Shown piece after piece: positions 18,493 to 27,700 of a stretch of DNA of 64,000 bases (position 1 is its first letter; each line of letters opens with the position of its first letter). The translations under genes were made by a program, and so were the position numbers. Source of the DNA: Dehalococcoidia bacterium (GTDB lineage: Bacteria > Chloroflexota > Dehalococcoidia > UBA2979); contig JALOAL010000003.1 in NCBI GenBank assembly GCA_023228825.1, positions 123,956 to 187,955 of the forward strand. Reading direction: 5' to 3'. The notes under the pieces are model-generated. The model had not been told where the DNA came from. It searched no databases and saw only the letters and a program-made list of their open reading frames with translations.

Positions 18493-19562
18493 CCGTGGTC
18501 ACCCGCCAGCGCCTGGCCGTGATCTTCGGTGGACGCTCCGCAGAGCACGAGGTCTCCGTGACTTCCGCTCGCGGCGTCATGCGCGAGGCCGACCCCGAGC
18601 GCTTCGAGGTGGTGCCCATCGGCATCACCAGGCGCGGAGCCTGGCTCACCCCGGAGCAGACGCGGCAGCGCCTGAAGCGGGTGGAGGCCGGGGGAAGTCG
18701 TGACATCGGCGACGACGTGGGCGGCGGCGTGTTCGCGTTCCCGGAGGTGCTGGCCACGCTTCGGAACGTGGAGGTGGTCTTCCCCATCGTCCACGGCACC
18801 TTCGGCGAAGACGGAACCATGCAGGGCCTGCTGGAGATGGCGGACCTGCCCTACGTAGGCCCGGGTGTCGCCGCCAGCGCCATCGGCATGGACAAGGAAC
18901 TGATGCGCGCCCTGTTCGCCGCGCACGACATCCCACAGGCGCCCTACCTGGTGCTGCGCGACGAGGAGGTCACCACTCCCCCGCCCGCAGCCATCGACTA
19001 CCTGGAGGGCGTGCTGGGCTACCCGTGCTTCGTGAAGCCCGCCAACGGCGGCTCTTCCGTGGGCGTGGGCAAGGTGCGCTCTCGGGAGGACCTGGGCGCC
19101 GCGCTGGCGGAGGCGGGACGGTTCGACCGCAAGGTGCTGGTGGAGGCTGGCCTGCAGGGCCAGGAGGTGGAGTGCGCGGTCCTCGGCCACCGCGACCCGC
19201 AGCCCTCCCCCCTGGGCGAGATCGAGCCGAGCACGGAGTTTTATGACTACCAGGCCAAGTACCTGGACGACTCGGCGGCCCTGATCGTGCCGGCGCGAGT
19301 GGACCAGGACACGGCCCAGCGCGTGCAGGAGTACGCCGTGCGCGCCTTCAAGGCGCTGGAGTGCTCCGGCCTCTCGCGGGTGGACTTCTTCGTGGAGCCG
19401 GACGGCGGCGTGAAGTGCCTTGAACTGAACACCCTGCCGGGCTTCACGCCGATCTCCATGTACCCGCGCCTCTGGCAGGAGGCGGGCGTCTCCTACCGCG
19501 AGTTGATTTCGCGGCTGGTGGACTTCGCCTTCGAGCGGTTCGGGGAGGCGCGTCGTGGCTAA
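18489..19562 (+). CDS. ddl: D-alanine--D-alanine ligase
   Basis: VIFGGRSAEHEVSV.SA, HG.FGEDGTMQGLLE, an ATP-grasp region and LELNTLPGFTPISMYP. Confidence 0.9.
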   Translation: MTVVTRQRLAVIFGGRSAEHEVSVTSARGVMREADPERFEVVPIGITRRGAWLTPEQTRQRLKRVEAGGSRDIGDDVGGGVFAFPEVLATLRNVEVVFPIVHGTFGEDGTMQGLLEMADLPYVGPGVAASAIGMDKELMRALFAAHDIPQAPYLVLRDEEVTTPPPAAIDYLEGVLGYPCFVKPANGGSSVGVGKVRSREDLGAALAEAGRFDRKVLVEAGLQGQEVECAVLGHRDPQPSPLGEIEPSTEFYDYQAKYLDDSAALIVPARVDQDTAQRVQEYAVRAFKALECSGLSRVDFFVEPDGGVKCLELNTLPGFTPISMYPRLWQEAGVSYRELISRLVDFAFERFGEARRG

Positions 19563-20439
19563 CCCGTTCCGCAACCTGCGACTGCCGGGCGCCCGCCCCC
19601 GCGCCTACCGAGGCCGCGCCTCGGCCGTCCGCGCGCGCGGCCCAGTGGGCAACAGCGAGGCGCGCTTCGCGCTGCGTCGCGTGGAACGACCGAAGCCGAA
19701 GCGCGAATGGCGCATCCCGTGGCGGCGGATCACCGTCACCACGCTCGGGGTTACCTCGGTCGCGGGTGTGCTGTACGGGGCGGCGTGGCTCGTCACCGGC
19801 GACACGCTGCGCGTCCAGCACATCGACGTGACGGGCGCGCAGGTGGTGGACGCCTACACCGTGGCCTTCACGGCGGACCTGGGCGGCGAGTCTCTCCTCA
19901 CGGTGGACCTGGGTGCTGCGGAGGCGGCGCTGGAGGCGCTGCCGGCCGTGAAGGACGCCACCGTCGAGCGGGACTGGCCGCAGAGCGTGCGCATCACCAT
20001 CCAGGAGCACCAGGCCTGGGGCTACTGGCAGGCCGCGGGCCAGGTCTACGTGATCGACCGCGAGGGCACGGTGCTAGAGGCGGCTCGGCCAGCCCCGGCG
20101 GCCGCGCCCACCGTCATCGACGTGGCGAGCCCTCAGGACCTGGCGGGCGGGCAGGTGGCGGACGCGGATACGGTCCACCTGGTCGCGCGTCTGCTGGAGG
20201 ACCGCGTCTTCCAGCAGGCCGGGCTGCGTCCCTCCGGCTTCATCTTCCAGAGAGATCGCGGCCTGACCGTCACTGCCGAAGGCGGTCCGGACGCGGTGTT
20301 TGGTGATTCGTCCAACTACGAGTTCAAAGTGCAGGCGTTCGAGGAAGTGCTGCAACAACTGCAAGCCCGAGAACAGACCGGCGCTCCCCAGGTTGCGGAG
20401 ATCGACCTTCGCTTCGGTCGGAATGTGGTGCTGAGATGA
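19555..20439 (+). CDS. ftsQ: Cell-division protein FtsQ/DivIB (POTRA domain)
   Basis: Basic N-terminus, one TM (VTTLGVTSVAGVLYGAAWLV) and a POTRA-like segment (LRVQHIDVTGAQVV...V.RDWPQSVRITIQE). It is in the canonical position between ddl and ftsA. Confidence 0.75.
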   Translation: MANPFRNLRLPGARPRAYRGRASAVRARGPVGNSEARFALRRVERPKPKREWRIPWRRITVTTLGVTSVAGVLYGAAWLVTGDTLRVQHIDVTGAQVVDAYTVAFTADLGGESLLTVDLGAAEAALEALPAVKDATVERDWPQSVRITIQEHQAWGYWQAAGQVYVIDREGTVLEAARPAPAAAPTVIDVASPQDLAGGQVADADTVHLVARLLEDRVFQQAGLRPSGFIFQRDRGLTVTAEGGPDAVFGDSSNYEFKVQAFEEVLQQLQAREQTGAPQVAEIDLRFGRNVVLR

Positions 20440-20512
20440 CTAGGACCGCCCCCTGGCGCGGCAACGAAACCGGATACGGACCTCGCGATGACCACGGAGA
20501 GGACGGGTGCTG

Positions 20513-21751
20513 ATGGCCAACACCACCATCGCCGCAATCGACGTGGGCACCACCAAGGTGTGCACCATCGTCGCGGAGGTCACACCACACCAGGAACTGC
20601 GCATCATGGGCGTGGGCGTTGGGCCCTCGTCCGGACTGGCGCGGGGCATGGTGGACAACATCCAGACGGCGATCGAGGCGATCGCATCGTCCGTGGAGCG
20701 GGCGGAGCGTGCCTCCGGCACGCGCATCCTCTCCGCGCACGTGGGCATCGCCGGGCCGCACGTCTCCTCCATGAACTCGCGCGGCATCGTTGCGATCGGC
20801 GACCCGCGCCACCCCATTAACGAGGGGGATATCCACCGTGCGCTGGAGAGCGCGCGCATCGTCAACGTGCCCACGAACCGGGAAGTGATCCACGTGGTGC
20901 CTCGGTTCTACGTGGTGGACGGCCAGGACCACGTGATCGACCCCAGCGGGATGTTCGGGTCCCGGCTGGACGTGGAGACACACGTGGTGACGTCCTCCAC
21001 GTCCGCCACGCACAACCTGATCCAGTGCGTGGAGGGCGCGGGCGTGCGCGTGGAGTCGCTGATCCTGGAGCCCCTGGCCTCCGGCGAGGCCGTGCTGTCG
21101 AACGAAGAGATGCAGCAGGGCGTTGTCATCGTAGACATCGGCGGCGGGACCACGGACGTTGCCGTGTTCCTGGACGGCGCCGTCGTCCACACCGCCGTCC
21201 TCCCCATCGGCGGCATCCACATGACGCGCGACCTGGTGGTCGCGTTGAAGGTGCCTCAACCGTCCGCAGAGCAGGCCAAGACCCGCTTCGGACACGTCAT
21301 CCCCTCCATGGTCGCCGACGACGAGGAGGTGGAGGTAGAGGCGTTTGGCTCCGACGGCACCAAGCAGATCTCGCGCCGGCTGCTGGCGCAGGTCCTGCAG
21401 GCGCGCACGGAGGAACTCTTTGAAATGGTGCTGACGGAGATCCGTCGCGGGGCCGACCCCGAGATGCTCTCCGCCGGCATTGTGCTGTCCGGTGGGGCCT
21501 CTGGCCTCCCGGCGGCGGATCTCCTGGCGGAGGAAGTGATGAGGTTGCCCGCCCGCGTGGGCCGGCCTCGGCACCTGTCGGGGCTGTCAGACCTCCTCCA
21601 CGACCCCGCCTACGCGACCAGCGTGGGCCTGCTGCGGTGGGCCCTGAAGGAGCAGGAGATCATGTTCCGTTCCGCACCGGCCCCCGTGCCGGCGCTGGGC
21701 GGGCTGTTCAAGAAAGTGGCGCACTTGATGCGGGTCATCCTTCCCCAGTGA
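20513..21751 (+). CDS. ftsA: Cell-division protein FtsA (actin-like ATPase)
   Basis: IAAIDVGTTKVC, IVDIGGGTTDVAVF, GG..MT.DL, and a C-terminal amphipathic tail (GGLFKKVAHLMRVILPQ). ATG 20513 has better SD spacing than the track GTG at 20507. Confidence 0.9.
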   Translation: MANTTIAAIDVGTTKVCTIVAEVTPHQELRIMGVGVGPSSGLARGMVDNIQTAIEAIASSVERAERASGTRILSAHVGIAGPHVSSMNSRGIVAIGDPRHPINEGDIHRALESARIVNVPTNREVIHVVPRFYVVDGQDHVIDPSGMFGSRLDVETHVVTSSTSATHNLIQCVEGAGVRVESLILEPLASGEAVLSNEEMQQGVVIVDIGGGTTDVAVFLDGAVVHTAVLPIGGIHMTRDLVVALKVPQPSAEQAKTRFGHVIPSMVADDEEVEVEAFGSDGTKQISRRLLAQVLQARTEELFEMVLTEIRRGADPEMLSAGIVLSGGASGLPAADLLAEEVMRLPARVGRPRHLSGLSDLLHDPAYATSVGLLRWALKEQEIMFRSAPAPVPALGGLFKKVAHLMRVILPQ

Positions 21752-21782
21752 CCTACCACCAGCGCCGGGAAGGTGTTGAGCG

Positions 21783-22418
21783 ATGAACGAGCAGGAACGG
21801 ACGCAGGAGCCGGTGGGCGGGGGAACGCTCTTCGATTACCTGGCCGCGGCCCGGCGAGAGGTGCAAGAGCGCCATCTCTCCGTGGTTCCCTCCGCCAGTG
21901 ACATCGACGATCCACGCACCACCATGACTGCAGACCCAGAGACGGTGCCACCCGCGACCGCCAGCGAGAGCACCGAGGTCACGGCCAACGGGACTCACGA
22001 GGCGCCAGCCACGGCGGCGGAGCAGACCATGCCCGCCTCCGCGCTGGACCTGGCGGCCGAAACGCCGCCACCCGGCCTCGTCTCGGAGTACGAGGCGCAC
22101 ATCGAGGCGCACATCGAGGCCCAGAGTGAGGCCCAGAGCAAGACACAGAGCAAGGCACGGAGCGAGACACGGAGCGAGCCGGCGGACGCTGCGGTGGCCG
22201 TGGCCGAGCCCGCACCCGCACTCGCGGCCGAGGCGGCCCGGCCACGGACGTCCAAGGCGCCACGGCCAGAGCAGGCACGCATGGACACGGACGCCGGCGC
22301 CGCTCCTCCAGCCGCCTCGCGGCCCTCGGAACACGCGCCTCGTCCGGCGCCGCGGGCGGCGCCCGCATCAACCAGGGAGACACACGCCGTGAAGGCGGCA
22401 GGAACGGAGGGGGGTCCC
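21783..22418 (+). other. In-frame 212-codon open reading segment directly upstream of the FtsZ core (possible N-terminal extension or long isoform)
   Basis: There is no stop between ATG 21783 (SD GGGAAGGTG at 21767-21775) and the FtsZ core. Third-codon positions are G/C-rich by eye. The sequence is low-complexity and acidic/Ala-Pro rich, with seven 12-nt units at 22092-22175. Confidence 0.5.
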
Positions 22419-23510
22419 ATGACCGAATACGAGGGACTGCCGCCAATCAAGGTGGTCGGCGTGGGCGGAGGCGGCACCAACGCGGTGAACCGCATGCTCG
22501 GCGCGCGACTCCCCGGCGTGCAGTACGTCGGGATGAACACCGACATGCAGGCGCTGGAGCACTGCAAGGCCGAGATCAAGGTCCGCATCGGCGACCGGCT
22601 GACGCGCGGCCTCGGCGCCGGCGCTGACCCGCTGCGGGGCGCACGCTCCGCGGAGGAGTCCCGCGAGGCGATCGCGGACGCCCTGCAGGGCGCGGAGATG
22701 GTGTTCGTCACCGCCTGTCTGGGCGGCGGCACAGGCACCGGCGCCGCGCCCATCGTGGCGGAGGTGGCCCGGGAGATGGGCGCCCTCACCATTGGCGTGG
22801 TCACCAAGCCCTTCACGTTCGAGGGCGCCAAGCGCCGCCAGCAGGCGGAAGAGGGCGTCCGCGACCTGCAGGACAAGGTGGACACGCTCATCGTGATCCA
22901 CAACGACCGCCTCCTTCAGATCGGGGACGACAAGGTCTCCATCGAGGAAGCGTTCTCCATGGCGGACGACGTGCTGCGGCAGGGCATCCAGGGGATCAGC
23001 GAACTGATCACCATCCCCGGCCTGGTCAACCTGGACTTCGCGGACGTCCGCAAGGTGATGTCTGACGCCGGCCCGGCCCTCATGGCCATCGGCGCCGGCC
23101 GCGGCGAGAACCGTGCTACCGAGGCCGCCCGCCAGGCCATCTCCAGCCCGCTGCTGGAGGTGGACATCACCGGCGCCACGGGGGTGCTCTTCAACGTCAC
23201 CGGACCTCGGGACCTGGGCCTGCGAGAACTGGACGCCGCCGCGCGGGTCATCGCCAGCGTGGTGGACCCGGAGGCGGAGATCATCTTCGGCACCAGCCTG
23301 GACGACGCCCTGAAGGACGAGGTGCGCATCACCCTGATCGCCACCGGCTTCAGCGGCGTGAAGAAGATGAACATCCGCCAGGTGCTGGACGAAGTGAACG
23401 AGCCCGAGCCGATCAAGATCGGCCAGATCAAGCCGGATCCCACGTCCACGGACGCCCTCACCGAGGCCGACCTGCCGACGTTCCTCCGGCGCTCGTTCCC
23501 CACGCGCTAG
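22419..23510 (+). CDS. ftsZ: Cell-division GTPase FtsZ (core, 363 aa from the internal ATG)
   Basis: [17 protein letters not shown], tubulin signature [17 protein letters not shown], and the C-terminal peptide [11 protein letters not shown] 22419 is preceded by GGAGG with ~8 nt spacing. The full open frame starts at 21783. Confidence 0.92.
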   Translation: MTEYEGLPPIKVVGVGGGGTNAVNRMLGARLPGVQYVGMNTDMQALEHCKAEIKVRIGDRLTRGLGAGADPLRGARSAEESREAIADALQGAEMVFVTACLGGGTGTGAAPIVAEVAREMGALTIGVVTKPFTFEGAKRRQQAEEGVRDLQDKVDTLIVIHNDRLLQIGDDKVSIEEAFSMADDVLRQGIQGISELITIPGLVNLDFADVRKVMSDAGPALMAIGAGRGENRATEAARQAISSPLLEVDITGATGVLFNVTGPRDLGLRELDAAARVIASVVDPEAEIIFGTSLDDALKDEVRITLIATGFSGVKKMNIRQVLDEVNEPEPIKIGQIKPDPTSTDALTEADLPTFLRRSFPTR

Positions 23511-23529
23511 CGCATCACGGGCATGTGCA

Positions 23530-23564
23530 CGGGGAAGGGGCGGCCTCGGGCCGCCCCTTCCCCG
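23530..23564 (+). terminator. Strong GC hairpin after ftsZ (16-bp stem, 3-nt loop), no clear U-tract
   Basis: CGGGGAAGGGGCGGCC tcg GGCCGCCCCTTCCCCG read directly, 20 nt after the ftsZ stop. Confidence 0.5.
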
Positions 23565-23789
23565 TGTCCGAGGCCGCCCGAGACGGCCGGAGGCGGGGCC
23601 GGGGGCGCCCTCAACAGACCATGCCCGGCTATCCACGGCGGTTGGGACAACTCCACGACAAAGATGTGGATGCATCCGGTCTGGGGGGCTTGAGAGCACA
23701 AACGTGCGAGGTCAGTATGCAAGACCCAGGGGACAACCCCACCCCCCAAACGCACTGCCCTCCCCCGCACCCGAGAGCCTGGACACGCA

Positions 23790-24410
23790 ATGAAGTGCCC
23801 CTTCTGTGGCCATGACACCAACAAGGTGATCGATTCGCGCGCCGGCGACGCCGGCGTCCGACGCCGTCGCAAGTGCGAGGCGTGCGGCGAGCGCTTCACC
23901 ACCTACGAGCAGGTCCAGCGGGCCGTCGTCATGGTCGTGAAGAAGGACGGACGCCGCGAAGAGTTCAACCGCGAGAAGTTGCTCACCGGCCTCCGCATCT
24001 CCGCCCGCAAGCGCCCCCTGCCCTCCGGGGCCGTGGAAGCGATCGTGGAGGACATCGAGCAGCGGCTCATGGGATCGAACCGCTCCGAGGTGCCCAGCCG
24101 CGTGATCGGCGAGATGGCGATCACGCGCCTCAAGGGGCTGGATCCCATCGCCTACATCCGCTTCGCCTCCGTGTACCACCAGTTCGTCTCCCTGGACGAG
24201 ATGCTGGAGGAGTTGAACCGCATCGCCAACAGCGGCCCCTTCGCGCTCAGCGTGGAGCAGGCGAAGTTGTTCGAGGACGACCTGGATGCCCTGGTGCGAG
24301 GCGAGCCCGCGCCCGCCCCGCCCACCCAGGACGAAACGGCGGAGGCCCTCGAGGCACTGGAGCGCGAACCCGTCTCCCTGGACGCCCACCGGACGGCCAC
24401 CATCCGGTAG
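23790..24410 (+). CDS. nrdR: Transcriptional repressor NrdR (zinc ribbon plus ATP-cone) with an acidic C-terminal tail of ~50 aa
   Basis: MKCPFCGHDTNKVIDSR......RRRR.C..CGERFTTYE followed by an ATP-cone (VVKKDGRREEFNREKL...IAYIRFASVY). Confidence 0.9.
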   Translation: MKCPFCGHDTNKVIDSRAGDAGVRRRRKCEACGERFTTYEQVQRAVVMVVKKDGRREEFNREKLLTGLRISARKRPLPSGAVEAIVEDIEQRLMGSNRSEVPSRVIGEMAITRLKGLDPIAYIRFASVYHQFVSLDEMLEELNRIANSGPFALSVEQAKLFEDDLDALVRGEPAPAPPTQDETAEALEALEREPVSLDAHRTATIR

Positions 24411-24451
24411 CCCCCCACCCCCGTCCCACCCCGTCTCCCGCCACTCGAGGC

Positions 24452-24477
24452 GCCCCGCAACTTCCCGCCCGCGGGGC
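24452..24477 (+). terminator. Candidate hairpin terminator after nrdR (7-bp stem GCCCCGC/GCGGGGC, 12-nt loop) followed by gttctcgttt
   Basis: Read directly. The stem is short, so confidence is low. Confidence 0.3.
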
Positions 24478-24586
24478 GTTCTCGTTTCCGGGGGGCGGCG
24501 TCACCGCACCCGATCCCTCACTTCGATCCGTCCAACTTCGCTAGGATCGAGTGACACGGCGTCTTGCGAGGCTCCGGGGCAGTGTG

Positions 24587-24600
24587 CGAACGTATGTTCT
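24587..24600 (+). promoter_or_regulatory. LexA-type SOS box (Cheo box, GAAC-N4-GTTC) upstream of nrdJ
   Basis: CGAACGTATGTTCT matches CGAACRNRYGTTYC at 13 of 14 positions. It lies 46 nt upstream of the nrdJ GTG. The same core motif sits inside the recA promoter of this window. Confidence 0.5.
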
Positions 24601-24645
24601 CTCGCCAGCCTCAACACCCCTCGCACTCCGGAAGGAGGCGCCCCC

Positions 24646-26895
24646 GTGGTCGCCGCCGATGACCTCCGCACCACCCCGGTCTCGCTGACCGAGAACGCCC
24701 GCACCGTCCTTGAACGGCGCTACCTGCTCAAGGACGCGGAGGGTCAGGTCACGGAGACGCCGGAGGGCCTCTTCGCGCGCGTGGCCACGGCCATCGCCGC
24801 CGTCGAGGAGGGCGAGGACGCCCGCAAGGCCTGGGCGCAGCGCTACTACGACGAGATGGCCGCGCTGCGGTTCCTGCCGAACTCGCCCACCCTGATGAAC
24901 GCCGGCACCGGCCAGGGCACCCTGGCGGCCTGCTTCGTCCTCCCCGTGGAGGACACGCTGGAGTCGATCATGGCCACCGCCCAGGCGACGGCCATGGTGC
25001 AGAAGTTCGGCGGCGGCACCGGCTTCTCGTTCTCCCGCCTGCGCGGCAAGGGCGAGCCCATCCGCACCACGCACGGGTCCGCCTGCGGCCCGGTCTCCGT
25101 CCTCCGCCACTACGACGATGTCTCCCGGCTGGTCACACAGGGCGGCAAGCGGGACGGCGCCAATATGGGCATCCTGCGCGCCGACCACCCGGACATCCAG
25201 GAGTTCATCCATGCCAAGGACGACGGCGTCACCGCCACGCGCTTCAACATCTCCGTAGCCGTCACGGACGCGTTCATGGAGGCCGCCACCGTCAGCACCG
25301 AGGCCGACCGATCCTTCACGCTGCGCGACCCCCGCGACGGCGCACCTCGGGGTGAGGTGGACGCGGCGGCACTGCTGGAGGAGATTGCGGACGCCGCCTG
25401 GACCACGGGCGACCCCGGGCTGGTCTTCCTGGACACCATCAACCGCAGCAACCCCACCCCCGCCCTGGGCGAGATCGAGGCCACCAACCCCTGTGGCGAG
25501 GTGCCCCTGCTGCCCTGGGAGGCCTGCACGCTGGGCTCCGTGAACCTCGCCCGCTTCTGGGACGCGGCACAGGGCGATGTGGACTGGCACGCCCTGCGGG
25601 AGACCGTGCGCGTGGGCGCCCGCTTCCTGGACGGCGTGGTGGAGGCAAACGAGTTCCCCGTGCCCCAGATCGCAGAGGCCGTCCGAGGCAACCGCAAGAT
25701 CGGCCTCGGCGTGATGGGCTTCGCCGACCTGCTGGTGGAGGCGCGCATCCCGTACGCCTCGGAAGATGCGCTCACCCTCGGCAAGAGGATTATGTCCGCT
25801 ATCCAGGAGGCTGCCGACGACACGTCGGAAGTCCTGGCGGCGGAGCGCGGACCGTTCCCCAACTGGGAGCAGTCCGTGTACGGCCCCGCCGGCGCCAACC
25901 GGCAGTTCCGCAACGCCACCCGCACCTGCATCGCCCCCACGGGCACGATCGCGATCATCGCCGGCGCTTCGTCCGGCATCGAGCCGCACTTCTCGCTCAC
26001 GCACTACCGCCGCATGGGAGACGGCACCGTGCTGCCGGAGGCCAACGAGGCCTTCCAGCAGGTCGCCCGGGACCGTGGCTTCTGGTCCGAGGAACTGATG
26101 GATGACCTCGCCCACGGGGACCGCCTCGGCGACCGCGTGGAGGTGCCGGAGGACGTGCGCGCCTGGTTCGCCACCGCGCACGACATTGCCCCCGCGTGGC
26201 ACGTGCGCATGCAGGCCGCCTTCCAGGAGCACACCGACCTGGCCGTCTCCAAGACCGTGAACCTGCCTCGGGAGGCCACCGCGGCAGAGGTCCTGGTGGT
26301 CTACAGGCTGGCCCACCGCCTGGGCTGCAAGGGCGTCACGGTCTACCGGGACGGCTCGCGCGCGGTCCAGGTGCTGGCGCACGAGTCACGCGAGGCGCCC
26401 GCGACCACGGGGACGCCCTCCCCCGCGCCGTACCGCCGCCACCTGCCGGACGAGCGCCAGTCCATCACCCACAAGTTCCGCGTGGGGGAACAAGAGGGCT
26501 ACATCACCGTGGGCCTGTTCGAGGACGGCTCGCCGGGCGAGGTCTTCATCAAGATCGCGAAGGAGGGCTCCACCGTCTCCGGCCTGACGGACGCCGTGGC
26601 CCTGCTGACCTCGATCTCACTGCAGTACGGCGTGGGCCTCGAAAAGATCGCCTCGAAGTTGGAGCAGACGCGTTTCGAGCCGTACGGGGTCACCGGCAAC
26701 CCGGACGTCCCGTTCGCCACGAGCGTGCTGGACTACATCTTCCGGTGGCTGCGCCTGCGCTTCGGCGTGGACCTGCCGCATGTGGACGGCGCGCGCGTGC
26801 TGTCGGGTCTCACCTGCCCGGACTGCGGCGAGCAGTTGGCGTACCTCGAACGCTGTCTGACGTGCCAGGCCTGCGGCTACTCGAAGTGCTCGTGA
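24646..26895 (+). CDS. nrdJ: Adenosylcobalamin-dependent ribonucleoside-diphosphate/triphosphate reductase, class II
   Basis: LTENARTVLERRYL, FLPNSPTLMNAG, ACFVLPVED, NPCGE (catalytic Cys loop), KTVNLP, and a C-terminal zinc ribbon CPDCG..C..CQACG. GTG 24646 is preceded by GGAAGGAGG. The track ORF from 24286 over-extends. Confidence 0.9.
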   Translation: MVAADDLRTTPVSLTENARTVLERRYLLKDAEGQVTETPEGLFARVATAIAAVEEGEDARKAWAQRYYDEMAALRFLPNSPTLMNAGTGQGTLAACFVLPVEDTLESIMATAQATAMVQKFGGGTGFSFSRLRGKGEPIRTTHGSACGPVSVLRHYDDVSRLVTQGGKRDGANMGILRADHPDIQEFIHAKDDGVTATRFNISVAVTDAFMEAATVSTEADRSFTLRDPRDGAPRGEVDAAALLEEIADAAWTTGDPGLVFLDTINRSNPTPALGEIEATNPCGEVPLLPWEACTLGSVNLARFWDAAQGDVDWHALRETVRVGARFLDGVVEANEFPVPQIAEAVRGNRKIGLGVMGFADLLVEARIPYASEDALTLGKRIMSAIQEAADDTSEVLAAERGPFPNWEQSVYGPAGANRQFRNATRTCIAPTGTIAIIAGASSGIEPHFSLTHYRRMGDGTVLPEANEAFQQVARDRGFWSEELMDDLAHGDRLGDRVEVPEDVRAWFATAHDIAPAWHVRMQAAFQEHTDLAVSKTVNLPREATAAEVLVVYRLAHRLGCKGVTVYRDGSRAVQVLAHESREAPATTGTPSPAPYRRHLPDERQSITHKFRVGEQEGYITVGLFEDGSPGEVFIKIAKEGSTVSGLTDAVALLTSISLQYGVGLEKIASKLEQTRFEPYGVTGNPDVPFATSVLDYIFRWLRLRFGVDLPHVDGARVLSGLTCPDCGEQLAYLERCLTCQACGYSKCS

Positions 26896-26908
26896 CGCCC
26901 GCGCGCCG

Positions 26909-27328
26909 CTAGATCACCGGCAGCAACTCCAGCGACCGCACGTGCCGAGGCGTCACGATCGAGAAGTGTCGCCGGTCCACGGTCGCCACTTTGGGCTCGC
27001 CGAGACGCTCGCAGAGCGCGATCACGGCCGCGTCCACGAACCCGAGGTCCAGGTCCTCGTACTGTTCCTGGAGTTCGGCAGTCCTCAGCAGGTCGTCCTC
27101 GGTGGTGTGCTCCAGGACGTACGCACCAGCATGAATGTCTTCGACGAGCGTGCGCCAGTTGTCGACGCTCATGCGCTTCCTGATCCAGTAGTCCACCTCG
27201 CTCAGGACGGCGGCGGGCAGGATCAGGCTTTCAGTGACATGAGTCAGCAGGTCGGCGCACGCTCGATGATGTGGATCACCCCTGTTGATGGCCGCGAGCA
27301 CCACCCCCGTGTCGAGGATCAGAGCCAA
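26909..27328 (-). CDS. vapC: PIN-domain toxin VapC
   Basis: 139 aa. LILDTGVV (Asp6), SEVDYW, GFVDAAVIALCERL and VATVDRRHF give the classical PIN acidic residues. It overlaps the upstream antitoxin gene by 10 nt. Confidence 0.85.
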   Translation of the reverse strand: MALILDTGVVLAAINRGDPHHRACADLLTHVTESLILPAAVLSEVDYWIRKRMSVDNWRTLVEDIHAGAYVLEHTTEDDLLRTAELQEQYEDLDLGFVDAAVIALCERLGEPKVATVDRRHFSIVTPRHVRSLELLPVI

Positions 27329-27564
27329 CCGTGGCGCTCTGCTCGCTGACGGGCGGGGCTAGTCTCGTCGTCCACCGACTCCTGGGAGATGTTGCCCGGA
27401 ACATTCGCGATACCAAGACGAGGCTTCCGGTGAGTGCGCAATTCCGCGACGTACTCCACCGTGGCCTCGCGCAGGAGATGAGCCAGAGGCACGCCGCGAC
27501 GCCTCGCCTCGTGCTCCAGCACCAGGTAGTCGTCTTCGCTCATGGAGACCGTTGTGCGCTTCAT
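27319..27564 (-). CDS. vapB: Ribbon-helix-helix (CopG/VapB-like) antitoxin
   Basis: MKRTTVSMSEDDYLVLEHEARRRGVPLAHLLREATVEYV has an RHH pattern. The start is ATG 27564; the track start at 27594 is possible but adds a non-conserved leader. Confidence 0.7.
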   Translation of the reverse strand: MKRTTVSMSEDDYLVLEHEARRRGVPLAHLLREATVEYVAELRTHRKPRLGIANVPGNISQESVDDETSPARQRAERHGWL

Positions 27565-27700
27565 GCATCTGATGCTAGCACCGCGCATCACCATTACAAC
27601 CTCCCGGCGATGGCACCCGCGGGCCGGTACTCCTCGAGCGTCCCTCTACAATGCCGCCGCGCCGGTACCGAGTGCGCAACACTTTGCCGAGGAGGTCGCC

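Noticed and set aside
23653-23707. Possible NrdR boxes upstream of nrdR (CCACGACAAAGATGTGG at 23653-23669 and GCACAAACGTGC at 23696-23707). I also searched for NrdR boxes upstream of nrdJ.
   Set aside because: The palindromes have only 4-bp arms and odd or short spacing. They match the 16-bp NrdR-box consensus (acaCwAtATaTwGtgt) poorly. No tandem pair with the usual helical phasing was found in front of nrdJ. This is not strong enough to call without a PWM scan.
24411-24645. Possible cobalamin riboswitch in the nrdJ leader, since nrdJ uses B12.
   Set aside because: There is no GGGAA..GGTG..CCCGC..ACTG core and no B12 box in the 235-nt leader. The only cobalamin riboswitch signature in the window is at 58820-59095.
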